Source: Laetmonice hystrix
Taxonomy: Eukaryota
DNA length: 64,000 nucleotides
Direction of reading: 5' to 3'
Assembly (NCBI GenBank): GCA_965235115.1
Contig: OZ249436.1
Coordinates: forward strand, 61,690,001-61,754,000
Below the pieces are notes generated by a model. That model searched no databases and was not told the origin of the DNA. It saw only the letters and a list, made by a program, of their open reading frames with translations. Position 1 is the stretch's first letter, and each line of letters begins with the position of its first letter. This document shows positions 42,243-53,400 of the stretch, in pieces. Position numbers and translations under genes: made by a program.

Positions 42243-44371
42243 CAAAAAGGCTATGCTCTATCAGTCTATGACGTCCTGATTCAACTCCTATTTTTAGACT
42301 TTTATATAGGAAGATATTAGTCTAGTTCTTTTTTAAAGGGAATAAATAAATATGTTTGTATCTGGAAATGCAGTTTTCATGGTTTCACTTTCAGGCAATG
42401 AACCCATAAATTTCATTAGCTGTGCAAGTCAATGCCAGGCCAACTATTTTGTCGACAACCAGCCGTAGGACGACTACACATAAGACGACAGCTTCATAGC
42501 AACAACAGGCAACTGAGATGTTGAATTTCATTAGATTTCATGATTTCTGTCTGTATACATTTGTACATTTATTGATTTACGTAGTCTAAGGCCTTATCTA
42601 ACCTAACAGCCCATGTCTCCATTTTGGAGTCATTGAAATAAGGAATAATCGTGAATGGCTTTATCTTTGCATATTTCTACACATTCCATAATTGAAACTG
42701 CAGACACCTTCCATTCTGCAGTTACTGTTAAGACCTTTTATTCAAGATTTCACCAGACTCCTGTCTAATATAGAATTTTTGACAACTTAATTTTATAAGC
42801 TAACATCCTGAACCATACTTGCAGTTTAGGTTCACCAACTAAAGGTTTTTTAGTAAGCAGGGGTGGGGGCCGATTTGATCCTGCACTATGGCCCTCCCAG
42901 AATGAACGAGACTCGACTGTCCAGTATGTACTGAAGAATACAATGTACTTGAAGACTAAAGCCTGCTGGACACTTTCCCGATTTTGCCCAACTCTAGTCG
43001 GTAACCATGGTTCCCGACTCAAAGACTAAACCCCACCTTACACCTTCCTGATTTTGCGCAACTTGAGTCGGTGACCATGTTTCCCGACTGCAGTTGGAGC
43101 AAATCGTAGCCGATTCAAAAACCACGTGGCTCAGCAGCAGTTGACCAAAAATGGGACTTACCGGTACTGTATGCCTGGGGCCCGTCTTACTATGCCGGCG
43201 ACGTCGCCCATCAAAATGTCGCCAACATTAAAGCAATGGGGCACGTCGCCAGAACGGGCGACATATAACCTTATATGGGCCGGTGACGTCCCATTTGGCG
43301 ATATCACCGGCTTAGTAAGACGGGCCCCTGGTTCCCGACTTGCGCTGCATGGATACGGGAACTTGGGAGCTGATAATTCTGTCAGTGTATGGGGGTCAGT
43401 CGGGAGGGTGTACGGGGGTCAGTCGGGAGTTGGGCAAAGTCCTGACAATGTACGTATTCCCTCTAAATATTTATATTAATATATTTGTAAACAGGAACAT
43501 TGCAAAACATACGAAGGCAAGATTATTTTTACCACACAAATTAAACGATTTCAAAATCAAAAGTTTGTATAATGCACAACTTTTATTAATGACATTCATG
43601 AGGCCACAGAAGTATAGATATACACCAGAGGAGTGGAAGCCAACATATTCAGTCCAGATTTGTGATGACAACTTGACTGTAGGTTGATTGTTGTTTGATC
43701 ATCTTCAACCCGATTGCTGGCATTGTATCCTTTGGTACCAGGGCATTGTTTTGGGAACAATGACCAGTAAGACTGATTCCTAATATTGTCACTGTTGATG
43801 ACTGTTGTCTTGGAATCAATCAAAGTTGATGGCATCCACTGCTTCTCATCTCGACTGGGCTGAGTGATGAAGGAAAGGTCAGCTCTAGAGAAGAAAATGT
43901 GGAAATAACATTATGAGAAATTATTTTGGGAGAACTTTAGCAAAAATAATATTCGTAGATGTTTGTCATAAACAAAACATACCACATTAGTAGCAGAAGA
44001 AAGGATTGAGGTAAAGGAGACAAGGTCAAAATAGCAGAAACTAGGTATGGGAGGGGGTGTTCAAGGGAGGAAGCCCCCCCCCCCTCTCTTTGAAGGAAGC
44101 AGGGGAGGTCCGGCAGTGCTTGCAGTGAAAATAATGCAGGTGCGTGGTCAACAGCTCCCTAAGTGAAGTTTAGGAGAGCTGGGGAGGTCCGGACCTGTTT
44201 GGGATGCCACATCTTCAAATGCTAAAGGCCTGAGTTCAGCTATTATAAAAGTCTGGTTATCGGTACATGTACTGATTTTATTGGAAATACACACAATCTA
44301 CTATTACAGTTGCACAAGTCTCACCTTTACTATGACTTACCTGTACATAAGGTATGTGAACTCCTAGTTAG

Positions 44372-46807
44372 CTACTTTGCTGCTTCCGACTCATACTTGG
44401 TGCCATAGTATGGTAGATGTTGAAGGAGCAGCTTCCAGTCACATAACCAGACAAACGTTATGGCTGCTCCACCAGCGAAGAGGCCACCAGTTCCTAACCT
44501 GTATCGTAATGATAAAATTATTACGAGTAAGAATATGTGCAGATGGCAGGTTATTCATTATTATGAAGCCCCGGAGGCTGAAAGTCCCTATTATATCCTA
44601 TTAATCCCTGATATTTCGGATAGTTAGATTGTTTGGAATCTGTTTATAGAAGTGGCAGATAAGGAAGCAGTTTGTAGATTCCCATGCATTTGGGAAATTT
44701 GAATTTCGATGCAGTGCAATTTAAGCCAATCAGATTGCTCCGATTTTGCCCGCTCCGTAATACCACCAAAACCTCCACAGATTTCCATATCCGATCAATG
44801 CACGGTATGCAGCTCCTTGGTTATAGAGCTCGCTTTGCGAGCCGCTTCGCGGCTTGCTGCGCTCGCTATAATAATTATCAAAATGTCCCAATAAATCCTT
44901 CATCACATAGTTCTGCTGGCATCGTCAAAGACCCCTGCTTCAGCTTCACAAGGCACAAGCATGCAGCAAAGTCTAAGGCAAAGCCAGTGGAAGGTAAACC
45001 ATTTAGAATAAACTGGACTAGAGTTTAAAGACAGCAGTAGTGTTATTACTAACAAGAATATTGGGATCCCATTTATATTCTTGCTACTATAGTCCTGCAC
45101 CGTAAGTTGGGGACTAAAAGCTAAGTTTTTCTGACCTTGGGTGCTTCAAAACCTGCTCGCAGTGGTAATAATGAATCAATTCGCATGGAAATTGTTGCAA
45201 AAGAAACTAGAGATATTCGGCTTTTGTCCAGTATGAAAATTTAATAAATAGATTTAAGGGATTCTTTTTGGTATGGCCATTTAAAAACCACGAAAAAAGT
45301 ATAAAAAATCTGAAAACTTGTGACTTTTCTACCTAGCCGGTCTTGCCACGCAAAATCTGTAGCGACGACCTATACAAAAAAGACCCAGAATTATTCCCCA
45401 CCTCGTAAAATCTCAATAGATATCTTTCTTTTAGCGAGATTCCTTATAGTTTTGAATACAGCGAGCTTTGTTTGGAAATTTAAAAGTTCCCAAAACTTTG
45501 ATAATGACGTTAAATATCACAATAGACAGCCAGGCTCCAATCTAAGCTGTGTAGGATCAGAGGCCAACAGTGATGTTTACGGAGGTATTATAATGCTATA
45601 ATTTTCTGAGACTATCTACTGACCTTCGAAGTCTCTGCTTCTGTAGTATTTTAATCCATCTTTTAATAAAACGAGAGCTAGACAGCAAAATAGTGCAGTC
45701 TACGTTAGTCGTCACGACTGTGCCGCACGTCCTCTCTATGACGTCACAGCCACAGTTGACTTAACGAGGCATGCACTGGCTTTTTGTCTGTGAAACATTG
45801 TAATATTATGTATCAAAATACGTAGTTAACTATTCTATGATGTCACAAGTGACAATGAAAGCACAAACAGATCGAACCCAGGCTATAAAATTGTAGCCAA
45901 TGCAAATTATGAGGACGTTTTTGCCGGCCAGTCTCTGGCCCAAGCGATGACAACGAACGTGTTGACGGCTCTACCAGCCCAGGACACCCGGCCAGTACAC
46001 TGGTTTTTGAGCAGCAGCGCTCTAAAATAACACTTTCTAACTATAAAATAATGATTTATTTTTATAACATTTGGGTTTGCATAAATATTAAGACTAACTG
46101 CCCACACTATTATCACCTAGAACGATATAATAACATGTTCTGGGGTTTCAAGTGGGGGTTGAACTGGATGACCTCCCAAGTTCCCAATTTACGGTGCAGG
46201 ACTATAGTACACTACTGTAACAGTACTACTACTACCGTACCGGTACTTCTACTATCCTACCCAGGGTTCTCGCCAGCCATTTTCAGCGTAGTGGACCGCT
46301 ACGCTGTCTATCAGGGAAATTACGCTGTCTATTACAGTATTAGGCCGTTACGTTGTCTCTTGAACAGCGTAGCGGTAAAGCCTTGTCTAAAGTCAACAGA
46401 ACCCACAGGAATACTGGTAAAATGTCGTTCGAACATGTCGAAATCGTACTCATCTGACTGTAGGGCGGCCATATTTACCATTAATATATAGCCTAAATTA
46501 CCAGAACTGGGGGGGGGGGGGGTCGCCCCTCCCGTATACCTAACCAGTGGGCTCTGCTTGGTTTGACCACTACGCTGTCATAAATTTCTGGCGAGAACCC
46601 TGCTACCTACTTAGACTCACCATTTATTTAGTTCACCCAAAATAAAGAAGCCATTCCCATGTCATGATGATGAGTTGATAATAATCGTGTGTGAACCTGT
46701 TTAGACCGGAGAAATAGAGCAAGCACATGCAAATGGGATACCTACCATGCCTGAGCTATCTGTTTATGTTTAGGTCCAAGCAGAAGTGGTCCTACACGTA
46801 GAGGCAT
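44372..46807 (-). CDS. UQCR11: Cytochrome b-c1 complex subunit 10 (6.4 kDa), 62 aa, two coding exons plus a 3' UTR exon; absent from the ORF track
   Basis: Exon 46807-46746 (MPLRVGPLLLGPKHKQIAQA-TG|gtaggt) joins exon 44498-44372 (atacag|G-LGTGGLFAGGAAITFVWLCDWKLLLQHLPYYGTKYESEAAK*). Matches UQCR11 LGPRY.EL..NW and VW.TDWRLIL..VPY, with the intron inside the Trp codon. Further donor at 44340, acceptor at 43885, and AATAAA at 43587-43582. Confidence 0.95.
46262..46602. mobile_element. CAGGG-terminus MITE with 5-bp TSD (hAT5-like) in UQCR11 intron 1
   Basis: ctacc|cagggttctcgccag ... ctggcgagaaccctg|ctacc, plus a subterminal inverted cagcgtagtgg. Confidence 0.85.
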
Positions 46808-46941
46808 GTTTGACATAGGCCTACGAGAAAAATCTTGTCTGTCCTTGCTGTTCGGGTGACCTCGACCAGCTACCGGAAGTCCACTAGCCTTTCGGTGTCG
46901 CGGAAGGATTTCCACCCTCACTATCTTAGGAACCTATTTTA

Positions 46942-48422
46942 CCAGTAGATGGCAGCATGGGTACTCGCGTCCCAGCGCACAGGGTACATACGACCCGCAT
47001 CGGACTCGAAATGTTTTCTTTTATGGCAATCTGTGTAAAGTTCATGTTTAAATATGCATTTGATATGCCCTTGGCCTTGGCCTACATGTTTTCGAGATTT
47101 TCATAATTTCATTGGGCCACACCTTCAATAGATTCCTTATTAGATATTGATTCCATTTATAACTCGGTCTTCGGGCTGGAAAAATAATTAGATAGGCCTA
47201 ATCTATTCATCAGTGTCTAGAGAACCTACCAGTCCCTGTGGAGTTCGGGCTCCGTCTTGTGCTGCCACCTAACGACGCCTGAAATCAATTATGAGACTCT
47301 TTCATTAGCCTAATTTGTGACAGTCATTTTTCTGTGAGCCAAAACAACATTCAGTAATTTCTCTGCAGTCCCTCACTTTGAAACGTCAATAGAAAAAGAC
47401 GCTCGTAACCGGAACTTCTGTGTGATTACCGTACTTCAAAAAATCTCTGGTGGGAAGGGAAACTACCAACGATGATTCTAGTGACTATCGCTAGGTGGCA
47501 GCAGTGAATGGCTGATGCCACGACGGCCCCGTCATTCGCGGCAGGTGACCATTTTCGCGGTTTTAGCAAAAGGCACTTTTTCTAAGCCTGTCTTTACAAA
47601 TCACAATTATTCAGTAACAATGAATGGTAGTCAAGGTGACCTATTTCAACTTGAAGGTTCTTCTTGTGTAGGCCTACTTAGCCTATTAGATAGGCCTATA
47701 TCTATTCTTGGATGAAGCTGGTCAAGACTGACCTTAAATTTTTTTCAAGGGCAAAAATACCAACATGGTGGTTCGCTTAGAATATCTAACCTGATCCTGT
47801 AATATAAACAGAACCGCCTATAGGCTAGGCCTATAATTGTAGACCTATGGCTATGTAGGCCTATAGGCTACTTGTAGAGTCTATAGGCGGTTCGGTTTTT
47901 ATGATGGTGTTGCCAAAAGGCGAAAGGGTCATTTAGGCCTAGATCTAGGCCTAGATCTATATGGAATGCTTAATTAACTTACAAACGTCAATTAGGCCTA
48001 GGCCTATTACGTTTATAAGAGCATGTTAAGAAGTGACCCACTTTGTGGACGGTCTGGGACCATGCCCTATTTTGCTATAGATCTAGGCCTAGGGCCTACA
48101 AGGAATCTAGTTGTTTTGCGAACCGGGCGGTTCGGTTTAGATCTATAGGCCCCCCTATGGCCTATAACCGGATGGTTCGCTATACCAGATTTTAAGCAAA
48201 GCGAACCCCTTGGCCAAAAGAAGCCGCTAACTAGGCGCCCTTTATTGTTGAGGTTTGGGTGTCTGGGTGTTGTTGTGGGTTCTCGGTAGGCCTACTTGAC
48301 CAAGATACTGTAAAGTGGTTCCGTTTACCTCGAACGACCCTAATCTGATTGGTGCTTGCGGTAGGCCTACTGCAAAGCCGCAAGGAGAATTATTAATATT
48401 ATGTCGTAAGCAGATGGCGCTG
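46942..48422. promoter_or_regulatory. Cluster of CTCF-like motifs between the UQCR11 promoter and the DEG/ENaC gene
   Basis: CCAGTAGATGGCAGCA at 46942-57 (+), CGTTAGGTGGCAGCA at 47274-60 (-), TCGCTAGGTGGCAGCA at 47488-503 (+) and AAGCAGATGGCGCTG at 48408-22 (+). Motif match only. Confidence 0.4.
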
Positions 48423-48457
48423 CGATCTTTTCTCCGGTGAAAAAAAGGCTAGCTGAG

Positions 48458-48934
48458 CACTCTCCGGTCAGAGGTCGTTCCCTTCGTTTAATCTCTGCCA
48501 CACATTGGGTAGGCCTACTGCCGTTTGAGTGACCCCTGTGGCTGACCTGACCTAGAAATCTCCGACAGGCCACCCGAACATTGCTCGAATCGTGGCTGCT
48601 CGATTTTGCTGAGGTATAGATCTAGGCCTACTCTTGTATAGGCCTACTTTTAAAGCACACGCAAACATCCAAATCGTCGGAGAAATCATCTGCAGCCGCT
48701 ATGTTGGAACGGAAGTAGGCCTACCTAGAATAGCATTTCGAATCATCCCGAAATTGGCTAACCGACTTGCGACCAGCTGATTTACCTCCGCAAATGTATT
48801 TTCTACCATACAGGACGGCCGACTTGGCAAAAAACGGGGTTAGATCTAAACGCGTATGGGCCCGATTTTGCCCGTAAAACGTCATGTGTAGGCCTATACT
48901 AGAGGAGCGAGCCCCTCTGCATTATGGGAGATTG
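48458..48934 (-). mobile_element. Dispersed repeat, copy A (homologous to 62507-62829 on +, and partly to 33845-33888)
   Basis: Blocks aatctcccataatgcagaggggct, ttttacgggcaaaatcg, gtcggccgtcctgtatg and gatttctaggtcaggt...ggggtcactcaaac...gtgtggcagagatt are shared in opposite orientation. Confidence 0.85.
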
Positions 48935-50438
48935 TGTACAGTCGAATTTTAATATTTTTTGTGCCTCCGATTTGCTGCGACAGCCAGACCCAGAGCAAAT
49001 AATTCATGCCGCTCGAGGGCCGAGAGTAGGCCCCTATTATTATGATTATGATTATGATTATGATGATTTTTTTTAAGAGTGTGTTCATATAGATGTTCCT
49101 TCAACCCCTTCCAACGATATGCAGCATTTCGACATGGAGATCTTGAAGAGAGTCAACCCGCAATATTTGCTTTCACTCATGAGAACTCTGGTTGATCAAT
49201 TGGATGGGCGTTTCTTGTCAATAGCGCAAGGGGCACTACCTTTAACAGTCTAAAAATATTTTCTGTTTTCCGACTAGGCTAGTGCCTGTCCCAACTGGGG
49301 CGCTTGGCAAATACCCGGGTGGTGAATATGAATACAAATGCTATAAGCTTGTTTCAATCGTCATGAATGGGTCATTTTCCGCAGAGCATGCAAGACTCAA
49401 GTCTCGACAAACACAGTATGACAGTTATGATTTCGCGATAATTTCTCCCTACAAAATAAATTGATCTCATAGAACATAACAGATGTAGGAACTAGATTGT
49501 AAGGATAAACTCATTCAATAGGCCTATGCGCCATATAATATATAGGCTTATATGCAAGGAAATTGAAAACGACTTTTTTCGGTTACTTTTGTAAATTTAT
49601 GCAGAAATGAATTTACTCAGTACTTCATTCTCACCTCGCGCCTTTTAAAAATTCTTCTTTCATTATTCATGACCAGTTTCAGAAACACATAACTTTCCCC
49701 TACAGCCGGCATGGACGCTTGAATAGGTTCCTATATTGAGTTCAGCAAACCAATAGTGCCATTCGCATGCTCCGTCAATGCCATCGATTCCGGGAACCTA
49801 GTGTTTGCGAACGCAGTATAACGGGATGGTGCCAACTGACAGCTGCTCGCCCGTCCTCACACTCTCAAGGCGTCCTCTTCAGCCCGGGTTGCTAATGCCA
49901 TCCGATTCTTTACCAAGTATTTGCTTCGCTTGAAATAATCGAAAATTCAGAAGTTAAAACAAGCACAGTGGTTGACTTGAATTATTCTGAGGATCGCGTT
50001 GATCCTATGAATGTCAAAAAGCATTTCTCGATCGATGTTATCTTCCTGGCGATGGTTGGGCGTCCAGAGCTTGCAAGCACAGGTTTGACAGTTGTTGGAA
50101 AAACTTCACGCGGTCTACTGAATGTGGGAAGAGAAAATCGTTTGACATATTTCCAAGATGACTAATTATCTTTACATGGCAGTGTGAGATTATAGATCGA
50201 GGAGACTTGAAGGTCGTCACTGTGCTCGGCGGGAAGACGGGTGCACTGAGAGCTGACGTGTGCTACTGAAGACGTCAAGGACTTTACCGTAATAAGGCCT
50301 TTTGTAAAGTTTCGCAAATATAGGGCTTACTTCGTGTTTAATTTGAACTTGACCAGCAAGAATTAGAATTATCTAGATCTATAGTCGGCTATAAGTGTAT
50401 CATTAGACTTCCTGTCGGGAACTGTGAGTTTTGCTGAT

Positions 50439-53400
50439 ATGGTAGGCGCTACAACAAAATTCGAGTCATGGCGACAGGCTGTGAAGACATTTTCCGAATC
50501 CACCACAGCTCATGGAGTTTCCCGCATCTACCATTCGGCGCGCATCCGTAGAGTTGCATGGGCCTGTCTGTTCGCCTTCAGTGTGGGATTTGTACTGTAT
50601 CAAATCGTCATTCTACTGAGGAAGTACTTCAGTTTTGAAAGCGAGACGGAGCTGCGCGTGTCGTACAATCGGAATATGACGTTTCCAGCCGTCACGCTGT
50701 GTAATCTGAACCCAATGCGTCTGTCCAAAATCATCGACCCGCACTACATGCCGGCCGATGTCCTCACCTCCATTCCGGGCATCATAGGAATGATTGCCAA
50801 CACGTTCCGGAGGAGGCCTTGGTTGTTCAACGTCACCGGCATAAAGTCTGATATCGTCAACGACACCATTCTGGAGGAACTAAAGGAAATGGTAGATCAT
50901 CCCAACACAACCTTCTCCATGGCAACACTTTTCAGGAGTCCCAAGGACAATATGGAAAAAATTAAGACAGCTGGTAACAGCACAAGTAAGTCGTTAATAA
51001 CAAAGTCTATCAAGGATCTGTATAATTGCAAAAATCGGGATCAGCAAGCGGAGCGAAGAGGAATAGGGGTTTGGGTATTTGACCCCAAACAATTTTCAAT
51101 TATAGCCTATAGAGGCGTTAATAGGCCTACTCTCTGCGGAGCGTGCTGTGTGGAATTAACACTTTCAAAATAACGGTAAAATTCGGTAACTATAGTTCCA
51201 ACTTCTTACGACAGTTGTACCTTTTTACGACGGCTGTACCTTACTACCTCTGCATGCATCTCTCCAAAAGGTTCTGATGCTTTTTAAAGAACGAATTGCT
51301 TGCATAAGCCTATCGGTCATTTTGTCCAGTGGCGGATCCAACGGGGGAGGGGCATTGGGCATTGGCACGTGCCCCCCAGAGAAAAAAAGGGAGAACCCCC
51401 TTCATATTCCTGTGGAAATTAGGCCTCCGGCGCTCTCCCAGACCCGGTGCCCCCCCCCCCCGGCAACACCCCCCCTCCTGGCAACACCCGGTGCCCCCCC
51501 CCCCCTCCGGCCACGACAACGACCCCTCTGGATCCGCCCCGGAATGTCCAATCTTAGCCGTTCATGATCCTTAGTCCTTTGGGTCTGCCATATAATATTA
51601 TGCACTCTACATGTTCAATGATGGAGGGTGTAGTCCTCTGTCGACTTAAAAAAATAGATCACGGTCCTCGGTCGACTTAATTGTTGTAAATGTTTACTGT
51701 AGGTGAAGATATGGTGCCCACGGAGCCGCCAGAACCCAGTACGGGACAGAACGTCACAATTAGTAGGGTGGAGGAGATCTTGACGGCACTCGGCATTGAT
51801 ATGGACGACATCGATGACGTACGTGCATGCCAGTCAATAAATCATGTTATGGGCGGCAAAATACAGAGCAGCTGCAGTCTATCCAAATGTTAAACAAAAT
51901 GTCCGGAAACGTGTAGGCCTTAAAGCCCATGTCAACACTAACACTACCTGGAGACCAAAAACCTCTATTGGGAGCCTCTCAAGACATTCCGGGTGTTCTA
52001 AGTCCTCCCTGACCCTCCCCCGCGTGGCAATTAGCTTATCTGTAACCCGAGATCCAGTCAAGTCCCCTCACGCTCCCGCCAAAGCCGTGACGTCATTTGT
52101 AGAACACACTGGTAGCACTGAGTGCTGTAGTCTATGCAGAGCTATACCAACACCATCATAGACGTATGCCAATACTCTCAAAATGGTTCGTTATTGTGTA
52201 GCAAAGTTTTGTCAAAACTCCGACCTGACAGGCCACAGTATACACACGTTTCCGCGTGATCCTGCCATGCAGTAGGTAGCTTTTGAGAAACACAGTGTCG
52301 TGTACTACTGTAGTCAGGGTGACCCGAGCACAGCGTGCGGGGAGGGGAGGCCATGCAGGTCGGGGTGGTGGGCAGCGGGCCGGGCAGGGAGCCGAGAAGT
52401 GAGGGTGGTCCACCCTGGCAACATCTCACCCTATTTCCTCAGATGCTACTTTGTTTGGGTCGGCACTTTCTGCCTGTCAAGTTTCAGAAACCCTCCAACT
52501 TAGATGTTTCTGAAATTGTGTATGACAATAGCGATGTTTGATGTTAAGGGTGGGGTGACGCGGAAAAGGTTAAATCTGCTTCGATGATATAAGTACAAAT
52601 GTATTGTGGGTACATTTCTGATAGGTCTACATGGCTTTCTCACTGTCGAATGAAGTCCCCGGGCCCCGCCTTTAGTTCAGTCCATAAGCTGGTTTTTGTA
52701 CATAAGAATACTCAGAAAAGTATCCGACTGCTTTGATACTTAGGTCTACTCATGAGGAGGAATCTGTGGATTATCATATTCTTGCTTGTATGCAGAGGAG
52801 GCAACCCCAAGCCCATATAGGCATATTATAGGCCTAGGCCTACCTATATCAAGGCACGCTGCACGACTTGAACAGCTGATGGTAACTCTCGGTCCTGAAC
52901 ACTGTCTGTGTCTGCATCAGCAGCAGCAGCAGCAGCAGCAGACCCGTCACTGTATAACCCTACAACTGCCCCCTTCTTCACGCTCTGCTACAGGCTCATA
53001 CAATGTAGGCCTGTGGTCTTTGGTAGGCAGAACAGCATTCACCACCTTCCACATCATCATCTGCCCCCTCAGACATAGATCACTGACCATTATATCCAAA
53101 ACTTTGGTCGGATTCATCATGACAATCAGTTGAAGAACACACAGGGGATGCTATGCTGGCCGAGCGGGGTGCAGAACTGAGTTCTAAAAATGACGTCGCG
53201 CAGCCGGGTGACACAGATTCCAAGCGCGGTCGGGGCAGGGGGCAAATTGGTACTTTCTGATACCTGTCACACATCGTGAGATAAGCTCTGGGGTTCGAGA
53301 CTTGGTTACTTGGTCACTCTGTGGTTGACTTCAAATGGGAAACAGAGTATTTCCCAAAGATTGTTACTGTTGACATGGACTTTAAGGACGAAAACGTTTG

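Noticed and set aside
44369-44374. Stop-codon readthrough of UQCR11 (TAG CTA)
   Set aside because: The canonical motif is UGA-CUAG; this is UAG-CUAA, and the extension has no recognisable features.
44903-45100. Signal-peptide-like minus-strand ORF in UQCR11 intron
   Set aside because: It starts at GTG with no ATG, has no splice link, and hydrophobicity is expected from AT-rich DNA.
45907-46116. Minus-strand ORF with VIAWARDW resembling UQCR11 VW.TDW (duplicated exon?)
   Set aside because: Splicing exon 1 (TG|) to its acceptor at 46021 makes TGA, and similarity is limited to a few residues. At most a poison exon.
51277-52541. Several Pro/Gly-rich ORFs on both strands
   Set aside because: They arise from G/C-run MITE and Kolobok interior sequence inside DEG/ENaC introns.
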